Virus record (IMG/VR): IMGVR_UViG_3300037247_001314
Location: 32,001-96,000 of that record
DNA from: a virus
DNA: 64,000 nucleotides
Reading direction: 5' to 3' (one strand)
In this document: positions 44,396-53,531 of the stretch, one piece after another
How positions within the stretch are numbered: position 1 is the stretch's first letter
How the letters are laid out: every line of letters begins with the position of its first letter
Program-made: the position numbers and the translations under genes
Notes under the pieces: model-generated
What the model saw: the letters and a program-made list of their open reading frames with translations, nothing else
Told to the model about the DNA's origin: nothing
Databases searched by the model: none

Positions 44396-45187
44396 TTATT
44401 CGGTTTCCAAACTCATCTCGGGATCGAACTCGACCGGAGACAGGCAGCTCTCAGAGTCTTCGTCGTAGTAGCGGCGTGCTTCCATATCCTCAAACTCGAC
44501 GTCGCTGTTGTCGTCGTCGAGAAATGCGTACGAAGACATCACCTCAAATGGAAATAGCGGACCGGGGTCGTGCTTGCGGTTAGGGGAAATATCGCTGTGC
44601 CTCAACACTCGGTCAGCGTCGAGCTCTGGGCAGAGCCCAGCGAGGACCTGCAACACCTGCATGTTGGAGCTACGCAACGCAGTCGGAAACGGCTCCCACC
44701 AGCGTTCTACACCGTCGTGCCCGACAGCTAGCTGAGGTCGCAGTAATTTCTTGGGGTACCGTCTACCCTTCGACCACTTCTTAGTGACCGGGTTCTTCCT
44801 CGGAACATAGAAGTCTGTCCCGTCTTTGATGAGCCAGCCGTAGTTGCTGTTTTCAATGCCGACGGTGAACTCGTTTATCTCAACGTGGGCGTCAATACCT
44901 GACCACCGCCCTCGATTGCGCCCGCCCGCGTGCAAACAAACGGAGTCAAACGGAGCCTGCTGGAGGACGTGGCCGTCTCGACAGACGGTGAGGTGCGCGT
45001 AATATTTTGGGGGAGGCACCACCTTGCCCTTCACCCGGGTGAGGCCGGCAACCCATCGCGCGAGCGCGCGACCGGAACCACCAGCAGTGTAGTGCTGCAC
45101 GACGCCAGAAATCGGGAGGCTGCGATGCTCGCGGTGAATCCGTGCAGCCTGGAGCCACTCCCAATCAGTGTGTGCTGCTTTCCCCAT
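44396..45187 (-). CDS. N-acetylmuramoyl-L-alanine amidase (Amidase_2/AmpD-like), probable endolysin
   Basis: VVQHYTAG, AHLTV, LHAG, VGIE, RHSDISPNRKHDPG. Confidence 0.9.
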   Translation of the reverse strand: MGKAAHTDWEWLQAARIHREHRSLPISGVVQHYTAGGSGRALARWVAGLTRVKGKVVPPPKYYAHLTVCRDGHVLQQAPFDSVCLHAGGRNRGRWSGIDAHVEINEFTVGIENSNYGWLIKDGTDFYVPRKNPVTKKWSKGRRYPKKLLRPQLAVGHDGVERWWEPFPTALRSSNMQVLQVLAGLCPELDADRVLRHSDISPNRKHDPGPLFPFEVMSSYAFLDDDNSDVEFEDMEARRYYDEDSESCLSPVEFDPEMSLETE

Positions 45188-45190
45188 AGC

Positions 45191-46288
45191 TCAACCCTCC
45201 ACTTGAATGAGAGGCCACACAGCCTCGACGAAACGATCGCCCTCCAAACGAAGAGGGTCCGTCGGCGTGGAATAGCACAGCGTAATGGTGTCATCCGTCA
45301 TATTGTGCAACGCCTCCCAAAGGAGCTTACCTCTGTAACGCGTAACGACAAGCGGGCCTGTTGCGTCGAAAGGGAGCGACTGCGCGTACTTCACCTCGCC
45401 GTCGGCCTCGATGCCTTGGATGCTAATCAACCCTTCCCCAAAGCGGAGTTCTACCTGCTGAGACATCACCGAGTTCTGCGCGTGCTTCACCGCCTCCTTA
45501 AAATGAACACGGTCAACGGTAGCGCGCAGCCCGAGGTGGGCGTCTGGAAGCATCGCCGAGAGATTGAAATATTCTTCAACGTCCAGACACCTCGCGAAGC
45601 GGAGCTCGTCATTGACCCAGAAAAACGCGTGGTCTTCCTGCCAGCCCACCGCCATACCCAGCGGCGCCTTCTTTTTGAGAGGCCACTGGTCGAATAACTT
45701 CGCGGGCACCAGCCTGGATTCGTGCGTGAGCGCCAGCGACGTGCGAGCTATGCGGTTCTGGTCGGTAGCCTCAGTCCACTTCGGATGGAAGTGCACCCCC
45801 ATGAGCGCAGGCCTTTCACGGCCGTCTTTAGTGTCCTTCTGCGCAGCGTGAAGAACGCATTTGATGTGGGGCCAACCATCGAAACGATGGAGTTCTGTAG
45901 GAAAACCGGGGAACGGGGGAAACTCCGAGCCGTCCTGGCAAGGGATTACAAACTTGTGGCCAGACTGCAAATCAATGCGGGCGGTCTGGACGCCGGTGAC
46001 CTCGACGGTGAACTTGATGCCCTGTTTCGTCCCCTTGAACGCAGTGACCACAGCTGCAGCCTGCATCGTAAGATCCGGCACGGGGTCTATGGGGTCGACG
46101 ACGATGAAGACGCCGATGCTCCCATCTGTGGCCGTCACGTAGCCGGGGAAAGCCGGCCACCAGGCACCGCCCTCGTCCTGTGTTAGGTCGACCGGAGGCA
46201 CGCAACGTATGCAGTTGAGCGCCCGGCCAGCAGGGTCCTTCGCCGCAAACTTCGCGGCACGAAGTAAAGCATCACGTAATCGCATCAT
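45191..46288 (-). CDS. DNA polymerase III beta-clamp-like protein
   Basis: 365 aa; VTATDG, EFPPFP, RPALMGVHF, EATDQNRIA; three-domain clamp repeat pattern. Confidence 0.8.
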   Translation of the reverse strand: MMRLRDALLRAAKFAAKDPAGRALNCIRCVPPVDLTQDEGGAWWPAFPGYVTATDGSIGVFIVVDPIDPVPDLTMQAAAVVTAFKGTKQGIKFTVEVTGVQTARIDLQSGHKFVIPCQDGSEFPPFPGFPTELHRFDGWPHIKCVLHAAQKDTKDGRERPALMGVHFHPKWTEATDQNRIARTSLALTHESRLVPAKLFDQWPLKKKAPLGMAVGWQEDHAFFWVNDELRFARCLDVEEYFNLSAMLPDAHLGLRATVDRVHFKEAVKHAQNSVMSQQVELRFGEGLISIQGIEADGEVKYAQSLPFDATGPLVVTRYRGKLLWEALHNMTDDTITLCYSTPTDPLRLEGDRFVEAVWPLIQVEG

Positions 46289-47072
46289 CGCCTCCCAAGG
46301 TTTTCGCTCGTCGTTGTTTAAGGATCGCCAGCGCGGCAGAGCGCACCTCGTCCGTGGAGAGTTTTGGTTTCTCCAACCCAACAGGCCCGCCGAGGGTCCC
46401 CATAGCGTGACCTGCGGCGGCGCCCGCGCCGTAACCCGGTGTGGCCGTGACCTGCAGAATAGCCTCAGCCATCTCCTCGCGGACTTTCACGAGTTTGAGC
46501 AGCGCGTCGACAGCCTTGTCCCCAGACACACCAAGAAACGGATCGAAATGCTGGTGACGAGTCATACCGCAAACCGCGCACACCTCGACGACAGTGTCAC
46601 GCCGACCCGGAAGGTTGACAATATCGCCAGGTTCCCAATCGTGGTCGAGGGGAATGAGCCGCCTGAAAAGATGGGCCTGGATTTTCTCCATCTGCTCGAT
46701 GATCGCTATCTTTCCCTTGATGAGCTTGTTGCCAAGTTTTGTCTCTATCTGGATGCGCCATCGGTCGAGGAGTTCACGACGACGTGGCCCCCAGTTGTCC
46801 TTGACGCTCCACTTCTCGAACGTCGACAACGGGATTGATTGGAACAACGGATCCTTGTTGAGTTCCGCAACTGAAATCCCATTAAGGTCGGTCGTATACT
46901 GCAGTCCCGCCGTGTATTGCAGAAAACGGCGACTAGCATCCGAGCCCTCAGGCACGTCGACATAAACCACTTCGGGGGCAAGAATGCGCACTGCTCGCTT
47001 TTTCTTTTTCGCGGGCGCTTTGCGTCTGGCCACCGCTTTCTTTCTTGTAGGAGCTTTCCTCTTCGACGCCAT
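46272..47072 (-). CDS. HTH protein, possibly terminase small subunit-like
   Basis: ISVAEL...IPLSTFEKWSVKDNWGPRR followed by helical region; CAVC...H. Confidence 0.5.
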   Translation of the reverse strand: MASKRKAPTRKKAVARRKAPAKKKKRAVRILAPEVVYVDVPEGSDASRRFLQYTAGLQYTTDLNGISVAELNKDPLFQSIPLSTFEKWSVKDNWGPRRRELLDRWRIQIETKLGNKLIKGKIAIIEQMEKIQAHLFRRLIPLDHDWEPGDIVNLPGRRDTVVEVCAVCGMTRHQHFDPFLGVSGDKAVDALLKLVKVREEMAEAILQVTATPGYGAGAAAGHAMGTLGGPVGLEKPKLSTDEVRSAALAILKQRRAKTLGGDDAIT

Positions 47073-47371
47073 CAGATGCAGCCTGCCCCTTCACAACGCT
47101 TGCGATACTCGCGCAGGGCAATGCCGATTAGCTGGCCGACATGCTCTTTGATCCAGAAGTGCGACTCCTTGAAGAACTTGCCGCGCTTCTGGTCGTCCTC
47201 AAGATCGTCTGGAACATGGAAGATGACTTCGGGAACGAGATTGCCGCCCTTGTTAGGAACGAGCTTGAGCTCCACCCATTTGAGTTCGAGTCCGAGGGAT
47301 ACCGCGACGCGCATGCGGCACGCGCTCAACGTTTCGAAGCGGATGGAGTCTTGGTTAAGAAGGATAATCAT
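47072..47371 (-). CDS. Hypothetical protein
   Basis: TAGGAG RBS; 99 aa. Confidence 0.65.
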   Translation of the reverse strand: MIILLNQDSIRFETLSACRMRVAVSLGLELKWVELKLVPNKGGNLVPEVIFHVPDDLEDDQKRGKFFKESHFWIKEHVGQLIGIALREYRKRCEGAGCI

Positions 47372-47380
47372 AATACTCTC

Positions 47381-47644
47381 CTAAATGAGTTGGGGCACAC
47401 CGTCGCCGGTGCGATAGGTCCAACCCTCAACTTTCCAGGTACGGTAAACGACCTCCATATGGATGCCATACTCACCCTCGGGCGTCGGGATTTCGCGCGT
47501 CCTAACCTTGCCCTTCTCATCGACATCCACAGTACACACCTCGTGCGTGCTGTCATCCAGCCAGATACAGCGTGGGACCTCGTCGCCGTTGCGGTCGTAG
47601 ACCTTCGTCGTGCAAAAGTCCGGATGCTCGCTATCGATTCGCAT
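47381..47644 (-). CDS. Hypothetical protein
   Basis: MRIDSEH... start at ATG 47644. Confidence 0.6.
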   Translation of the reverse strand: MRIDSEHPDFCTTKVYDRNGDEVPRCIWLDDSTHEVCTVDVDEKGKVRTREIPTPEGEYGIHMEVVYRTWKVEGWTYRTGDGVPQLI

Positions 47645-48050
47645 TCTTCTCGTTTCGCTTGCGCTGGGTCTGGACATCTCGCTCAGTCGCGGTCTTCTTG
47701 TCGGAGCATGCGCGGCACATCACCTGAAGGTTAGCGAGTTCGCAGAACATCGACGCGACGACGAGGTCCCACGACACGAAGCCGACAGCAGGGTCAATGA
47801 TGGGAACGATGTGGTCGACGATGACATTGTTGATTCGCTTCTTCTTGGACTTGTGTCCCGGTGGGGTAGGGATCGACGACGTCACCACCTTGTTGCATGT
47901 AGAGCAGAGGTACATTCCTCGGCTCACCTTGGCGTTGCGCTTAGCCTGTTGAATCGGTGCCCACTTCATTGACGCCTGCCTCAACGCGCTCTTGATAAAA
48001 CTCCTGTAGCGCGCCTCTGTCCAGACGTTGCCGCACCTCGTGAGCGGCAC
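47631..48050 (-). CDS. HNH endonuclease
   Basis: YLCSTC...VDHIVPI...NLQVMCRACSDKKT; start at GTG 48050. Confidence 0.85.
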   Translation of the reverse strand: MPLTRCGNVWTEARYRSFIKSALRQASMKWAPIQQAKRNAKVSRGMYLCSTCNKVVTSSIPTPPGHKSKKKRINNVIVDHIVPIIDPAVGFVSWDLVVASMFCELANLQVMCRACSDKKTATERDVQTQRKRNEKNANR

Positions 48051-48075
48051 TCCGCCCTTACTGAACGGGACATTG

Positions 48076-48705
48076 CTAGTCGTTCTCAGGCTGAGCGGGA
48101 TCGGGGCCGGCGCTGGTGTCGATACGGGAAGCACCAACTGCAGCGGGGGTGCCGGGCTCGGTGACTTCCGCACTGTCCTCTTCCGCGAAGTCGCCGCTGA
48201 TGTCCGGGAGTGCGCCCGCGAAAGGGTCGAGGCGAGGTGCAGCATCACCGCTCGCTTCTTCTTTCGCTTCAAGTTCGCGAACGGCTTCAGCGTTAGAGGT
48301 CTTGGCTCGGTTGACAAGGGCCGCAGCGAGCTTCTCGGGGTCGGCATTCTCTACTCCCTTGAACGTAGCCACGATTTCTTCCTCGCTGAGAGGACCCTCA
48401 ACACGGCAGAGTTTGAGATTATTTGTCATAACGATGACAGGCTTGCCCAGCGAGTCCATCACGCGCTGCTCGATACTGCGCGCCATGTCGTAGCTGCACG
48501 TAGGGGGCACGAGGACAACGAAACAATCTTCGAACGGGGTATCGATGATTTCGGCTTTCGGATGGTCCTGGATGAGGGTCTCCTTTATCGTCGGACCAAT
48601 ACCGTCCTGTTGGTCAGCTTGTACGACCTCCATCGGGACTACTCGCCAGAAAGTATTTTCCTTCGCGATGTGTCGGCGGGCGCGGCGTTTTGATGAACTG
48701 CTCAT
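48076..48705 (-). CDS. Hypothetical protein with acidic tail
   Basis: 209 aa, ATGA coupling to sbcC. Confidence 0.65.
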   Translation of the reverse strand: MSSSSKRRARRHIAKENTFWRVVPMEVVQADQQDGIGPTIKETLIQDHPKAEIIDTPFEDCFVVLVPPTCSYDMARSIEQRVMDSLGKPVIVMTNNLKLCRVEGPLSEEEIVATFKGVENADPEKLAAALVNRAKTSNAEAVRELEAKEEASGDAAPRLDPFAGALPDISGDFAEEDSAEVTEPGTPAAVGASRIDTSAGPDPAQPEND

Positions 48706-50615
48706 TTCGAAGCCTCAAGGATTGTGGACTCGCCGTTGACCTTCTGGACGACGACAGTTTCGGCGAACGTCCCTTGGAACCGCGGGTCATGGTCAATAAC
48801 AAAAATGGAACTCTTCTCCGCAGCCAGTTGCTGCAGCATTTCGGCAACAGCCTCCTTGCCCGCTTGGTCCAGATGCTTGCCGAAGATTTCGTCCAGAAAG
48901 AGAATGTCGTAGCTCTGCGCTGCCCGGTTGGCAACGAGCCTTGCTAGTCCAAAATCAACACCAGAGCCCACACGGGCCTTCTCCCCACCACACCAAGAGC
49001 GATAGTTGCGGTCCGTCTGGGAGTTGTCTGGATTATGACGAAACACTCGCACAGAAAACTTGTCGACGAGTTTTTCGGTTTTGCCCTTGCCCGTCTTGCT
49101 CTGCGTCTCGAAGCGCACCCAAATAGTGCCGCCCGTTAGAAGGCTCACCCAGCGGTTAGCCTCGTCGGTCATTTCCTGCAGGCGACTGTCGAGAATGTGG
49201 CTCTTGATTCCTCGGGGGCCAAACGCATCCACCCAAAACTTGTAGTAGGGCAGCTGCGAGTCCAGATGGGCGGCAGCCTGAGTAGCCGCGTTGAGCTCCG
49301 CCGAAGTTGTTTCCCACGTCTGGAGCCAAGCATTTACCCTCTCGTCGTAGGGGTTGGGTATCTGATTCGCCTCAGCCTGTTGTACCTGCAGCTGGAAACC
49401 TGCGAGCTCCTTTTGGACTTCGTCATGCCGCGCGACGAGTCGATTGTAGCGCTCGTTCTGTGGTGCGATGGACTGCACGTAGGCTTGGTGCTGCTGCGTC
49501 TGGACCTGATGGTTTGCCGCCAAACTGTTGACCTGCGTCTGGAACATTTGAACTTGGTCGCGAGCTTGCGCGAGTTCGTGCGCTGCGTGATCCAGCATCC
49601 GCTGCGCATCCGCGTGGGCTTGTTCGGGTGGCGGACAGTCAGCTGTAACGGCTTGGCCGCACGTCGGACAAGTTCCAGACGCCGCAGCAGCGGCTGCTGC
49701 TGTCTTGAGCGAGGTTGCGTGCCCCTGAGCTTCCCCCTGCTTCTGGAAAGCGAGATTCACCGCGCCGGCCACGAGCTCCAAATCTGCGGCAACCTGCACG
49801 GCTTCAGGGGCCGCAAGCGGAGCCGAAGGTACTTGGGTGAAGGGGTTGGCCTGCATCTCAGTTGTAAGTGCCTGGAGCCCGTTAGCGTATTCATGGGCCT
49901 TGGTGCGAAGTGTTTCGAGCGCTTGCGCCTTTTGTCCTTCCCACTCGGCCGCAAGCGGGCGTGGGTCATTGTTGCGCAAGCTGTCGAGCGCGATTTGCTG
50001 GCCTCTGGCTTTCTCACCGGCAGCAAAGGCCTCATCCGCGACTTCAGCCGCGCGCGCCTTCGCGTGCACGAGCCATTCGTCGACGACAGCGAGTTCAGGG
50101 ATAATCTTTGAAAGCAGCGCTTTGCGCTGTGCGTCTGTAGCGTCGGCGAACTTCCATTCGTCAAACTGCGCGAACAGCACAGCGCTGTGAAATACCGAGC
50201 GGTCCATCCCGAGATAGTTATCCAGACGTCGTTGAGACTCAGCAACGTCGGGTGTGGTTTTCTCCTCGCCACCTACCCAAAAACGCACCCCGCTCTTCTC
50301 GCCCTTTACCTTTCGTCGGCGAATAATCTTGAGGACAACTCCATCGTCCAAGCGCACGCGCGTGGTAACCTCAGTACCCCTCTTAGCCTTCTCATTGATA
50401 ATCGAATCTGCAACGTCGTCACGGGGCACTTCCCCAAACAAGCACCAGTCAAGCGCGTCTGGAATCATGCTCTTGCCCGCGGCGTTGCTATTCATGCGTG
50501 GGTCATCGCGGTTGTCCCCGAGGATAAGACAAAGTCCCCGGTCAGCGAGGCGGAATGAATGCGTGCCGAAGAACGACCCGTAGTTGGTGAGCGTGATGTC
50601 GAGAAACTGACTCAT
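48702..50615 (-). CDS. sbcC: SbcC/gp46-like SMC ATPase
   Basis: Walker A NAAGKS, Zn hook CPTCGQ, signature WCGGE, Walker B FLDE, IDH. Confidence 0.92.
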   Translation of the reverse strand: MSQFLDITLTNYGSFFGTHSFRLADRGLCLILGDNRDDPRMNSNAAGKSMIPDALDWCLFGEVPRDDVADSIINEKAKRGTEVTTRVRLDDGVVLKIIRRRKVKGEKSGVRFWVGGEEKTTPDVAESQRRLDNYLGMDRSVFHSAVLFAQFDEWKFADATDAQRKALLSKIIPELAVVDEWLVHAKARAAEVADEAFAAGEKARGQQIALDSLRNNDPRPLAAEWEGQKAQALETLRTKAHEYANGLQALTTEMQANPFTQVPSAPLAAPEAVQVAADLELVAGAVNLAFQKQGEAQGHATSLKTAAAAAAASGTCPTCGQAVTADCPPPEQAHADAQRMLDHAAHELAQARDQVQMFQTQVNSLAANHQVQTQQHQAYVQSIAPQNERYNRLVARHDEVQKELAGFQLQVQQAEANQIPNPYDERVNAWLQTWETTSAELNAATQAAAHLDSQLPYYKFWVDAFGPRGIKSHILDSRLQEMTDEANRWVSLLTGGTIWVRFETQSKTGKGKTEKLVDKFSVRVFRHNPDNSQTDRNYRSWCGGEKARVGSGVDFGLARLVANRAAQSYDILFLDEIFGKHLDQAGKEAVAEMLQQLAAEKSSIFVIDHDPRFQGTFAETVVVQKVNGESTILEASK

Positions 50616-51592
50616 GTGTCGGTGACCTCAGCAAACACGGCGAGCAGCTGAGTTACGTCGAGCTCGCCCCCATGTGTTTGCGCGTACGCCCGCGCGGTCT
50701 CGACGGCGCCGGCAGCATTGCCAAGGCCGAGCCGATCGGCACCATAGGACTGGAGCGGTGGCGCGATGAAAACTTCGGCGCCCGTCAACTCCTGGACGCG
50801 CTTGGTTACCTCGACAGGGTCAAGCCCATCTTCCAAAACAATGTGAACTCGATCTCCCGGTGCCGCATCAGCAAGCTCGGGATTGGGGACATTGGCGCGC
50901 ATACGCACGCGATGGTGCCGACGGCCAGCGCGTATCGGCACATGCTCCCAGCCGTCATCATCCACCCAAATGAAACCCTTTTCTTGCCCAGCCTCATCAG
51001 CGCGCGTTTGCCACGGACTACCAACGTAAACGACGGGGCCAACCTCCTGGTGCCGATGCCAGTGCCCGGCGAACACGGTGTCGAAGGACGCAAAGACTTC
51101 TGGAGGCAAACCATCGAGCAACCCCGCGACGATGTGGTTGTTCATTATGGCGCCCTGCACACCGTGATGTAACCAGGCTGTGTTCGGCAGGTCATCCAGA
51201 CGCGGATACTTCTGAATAAACTCGACGAGTTCCGTCGTATTCCGACGGTAGGGCAACCAAAGGCCGTGGTCATTCCAACAAGGGTCGGTCATCACGCTCA
51301 CGTGGGAGCCAAACACCTCCAGCGCATGCCGCCCCACGATGTTGTCCTGGTCGTGGTTGCCAGGGAGGATGATGAGTTCGTCGAAAACCTGCACCGCTTC
51401 CTCAATCCAATCGAGCAGCCTGTTCTGCAGCGCGATAGGAACGGTGTAGCGAAGGTCGTAGACGTCCCCGAGGAGCACACCTGTCTGGACTTCACACTCT
51501 TTGGCTTTCTCCAGAAAAAGCCGCAGCACTTCGAACACGGTGTCCTGTGTGTCCGGTTTGAGATGCAGGTCCGCCGTGATCAAGTAGCTCAC
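50612..51592 (-). CDS. sbcD: SbcD/gp47-like metallophosphoesterase nuclease
   Basis: DLH, LGDVYD, GNHD, GHWH, YVGSP. Confidence 0.92.
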   Translation of the reverse strand: MSYLITADLHLKPDTQDTVFEVLRLFLEKAKECEVQTGVLLGDVYDLRYTVPIALQNRLLDWIEEAVQVFDELIILPGNHDQDNIVGRHALEVFGSHVSVMTDPCWNDHGLWLPYRRNTTELVEFIQKYPRLDDLPNTAWLHHGVQGAIMNNHIVAGLLDGLPPEVFASFDTVFAGHWHRHQEVGPVVYVGSPWQTRADEAGQEKGFIWVDDDGWEHVPIRAGRRHHRVRMRANVPNPELADAAPGDRVHIVLEDGLDPVEVTKRVQELTGAEVFIAPPLQSYGADRLGLGNAAGAVETARAYAQTHGGELDVTQLLAVFAEVTDT

Positions 51593-51837
51593 ATGTCGCT
51601 CCGCTTCTTGTCAGTGCGCACGTTGTCGACGCGCTGCTTTGAGCCGTCAGACATGATGGCCTGCATGCTGTACTTGGGCTTAGAGAAGTCACGAGGCTGA
51701 ATGAGTTCCGGAGCGCCGGTGGGCCGCGTACCCTCCCCACACTCTTTGCAAACCTCGACGAGGGTATCCTTCTCGCTGTGCTTGCAGAGCACCTCTTGTG
51801 GATGCCCTTCTGCGCAGACAAATGTGTAAAGCGGCAT
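51589..51837 (-). CDS. FmdB-type zinc ribbon protein
   Basis: MPLYTFVC..GH...CKECG. Confidence 0.8.
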   Translation of the reverse strand: MPLYTFVCAEGHPQEVLCKHSEKDTLVEVCKECGEGTRPTGAPELIQPRDFSKPKYSMQAIMSDGSKQRVDNVRTDKKRSDM

Positions 51838-52062
51838 CTAGTCCTCCGTCCAGCCACGTTGTCTAGCAAACCAATCGGTGACGATGAGAACCCCCTGCGT
51901 GTCCGCTCGATAGACCTCGCTGTCGCCGTCAATCTGACTCTTGGGGACGGCGCAATCGTCGCTGCCCAATAAGTCATCTGGAGCGTCGTCGTCTTCGCTG
52001 CGAACGAAGACGCACTTATCTGTCTCACCCGCGGCGTAGCAATCTTCTATGCGAAACGTCAC
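51838..52062 (-). CDS. Small conserved phage protein
   Basis: ETDKCVFV...VPKSQI...DWFARQRG. Confidence 0.7.
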   Translation of the reverse strand: MTFRIEDCYAAGETDKCVFVRSEDDDAPDDLLGSDDCAVPKSQIDGDSEVYRADTQGVLIVTDWFARQRGWTED

Positions 52063-52274
52063 GAGGAAGACTCCGGCCTCTGGATCTGACTGCGCAGAAA
52101 ACTATCGCGAGACTCCATGAGTTTGCGAAGAGCAACAGTGCGCTCAGCCTCGTCATAGGCCGGGCAACTCGCAAGGTGAGTAGCCAGTTCCAAGAACGGC
52201 TGATTGTGGAAGCGCAGCTCTGGGGGAAACTGCGATTCGTCTGTAAAATAAGCAAAAAGTCGATGTTGAGCCAT
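52059..52274 (-). CDS. Small helical-hairpin protein, Acb2/Tad1-like
   Basis: FAYF...PFLELA...AERTVALRKLMESRD. Confidence 0.55.
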   Translation of the reverse strand: MAQHRLFAYFTDESQFPPELRFHNQPFLELATHLASCPAYDEAERTVALRKLMESRDSFLRSQIQRPESSS

Positions 52275-52283
52275 GAAAGCCCC

Positions 52284-53516
52284 CTAAGGTAGAGCGTTGT
52301 AAATCTGGACCGCGGTAGCAAACAGCTTTGGGTCCTCGTGAAGTTTTTGACCGAAGCCGATGAATGAGTTCTGGAACCTGATGTCGTGTCCGTCCGTCGT
52401 CGCGAAGGTGTGCCAACCACCGCCGACGGTAATGTACTTATATTCGGTAAGCTTCCAGAAGAGAGGCACGACGTCGTCAATACCGTTCCCCCACATGATG
52501 GCGAACCTCTCATTGCGCCACGGCACGCCGACGTTGTTCTTGTTAAACTTCGACAACACCTCGATGCCCGCGAACGTGCCGTCGCCAAGCTTGATGGCTT
52601 CAGTGCGTACGAGTTCAATGCGCAGCGTCGAAGCGAAACGAAGCGCGAGGCCACCATAGGTGATGGTCTGGGAACCCTTCTGGAACTTCGCAGCAAAGCC
52701 AGTGACGATTTTGGTGTAGACCTGATTGACAGCAAAGAGCGTAGCGTTGGCTCGAGCAAGCCTCTCTGGGAGCGTGCGCATAGCCCCCTTGAGCAACTTC
52801 GCTGCTTTGCCTGGCGCTTGCGCCTCGTCGGTGCCTTTATCAAACTCCGACTGCGAGGGGGTTTGCCCGACGCTGTCCCAGACTACCCCGAGCGGAATGT
52901 CCCCAAGGCCACGGGCGACCCAATGGTCAAGCGCGCGTTCCATCGCATCGATGACCGCCTCAAAAGTATGGCGTGCGGGTTGAATGACGATAAGCGCATC
53001 AGCGTCGACTCCAAGGCGGGCCACGTAGGGGAGGTCCCATTTGTGCTCGACATCGACAACCATGGCGACACCACCGACACTTTGAATCTCCGCAATAGCG
53101 TGCAGAACCACCGTGGTTTTGCCCACACTCTCCTTGCCACTGATCTCGATGATGCGACCCCGAGGCCAGCCGCCGATACCTGTGCCTTTGTTCAATGCGA
53201 TACATCGCGCCGAAGTGGTGCCGGCGCTGTGCCCAATGACGTTGGTGTCGGAGAACACCAGCACCTCGACAGGGTTGTAGACGCGTTTGGGCGCGTTCTT
53301 ATCACTCTTGTTGCCCTTGTCTTTTGCCGCCCCCTTTCCCGTCGTCAGCGTCTTACCAACAATGGCAGTCTTAAAATCGCTAGCAACGTAGACGCCCTGC
53401 ACAGGCTTCTTCGTCTTCTTCGCCTTCGTCTCCTTTTGCGCCGCTTTAGGCTTTGGTGGCGACGACGAGTCCACAGCGCCAACAGTAACAGCGCGCTTTT
53501 TCTTCTTAGCTGCCAT
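52284..53516 (-). CDS. recA: RecA-family recombinase with basic N-terminal extension
   Basis: GIGGWPRGRIIEISGKESVGKTT, DVEH, VWDSV, NQV, TYGGLALRFAS. Confidence 0.95.
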   Translation of the reverse strand: MAAKKKKRAVTVGAVDSSSPPKPKAAQKETKAKKTKKPVQGVYVASDFKTAIVGKTLTTGKGAAKDKGNKSDKNAPKRVYNPVEVLVFSDTNVIGHSAGTTSARCIALNKGTGIGGWPRGRIIEISGKESVGKTTVVLHAIAEIQSVGGVAMVVDVEHKWDLPYVARLGVDADALIVIQPARHTFEAVIDAMERALDHWVARGLGDIPLGVVWDSVGQTPSQSEFDKGTDEAQAPGKAAKLLKGAMRTLPERLARANATLFAVNQVYTKIVTGFAAKFQKGSQTITYGGLALRFASTLRIELVRTEAIKLGDGTFAGIEVLSKFNKNNVGVPWRNERFAIMWGNGIDDVVPLFWKLTEYKYITVGGGWHTFATTDGHDIRFQNSFIGFGQKLHEDPKLFATAVQIYNALP

Positions 53517-53531
53517 TGTCCGAGCTCCGAA

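Noticed and set aside
48051-48347. N-terminal extension of the HNH ORF containing KRKKKRAVML
   Set aside because: It lies in an alternative frame of 48076-48705; the HNH gene more plausibly starts at GTG 48050, so it was not counted as a motif instance.
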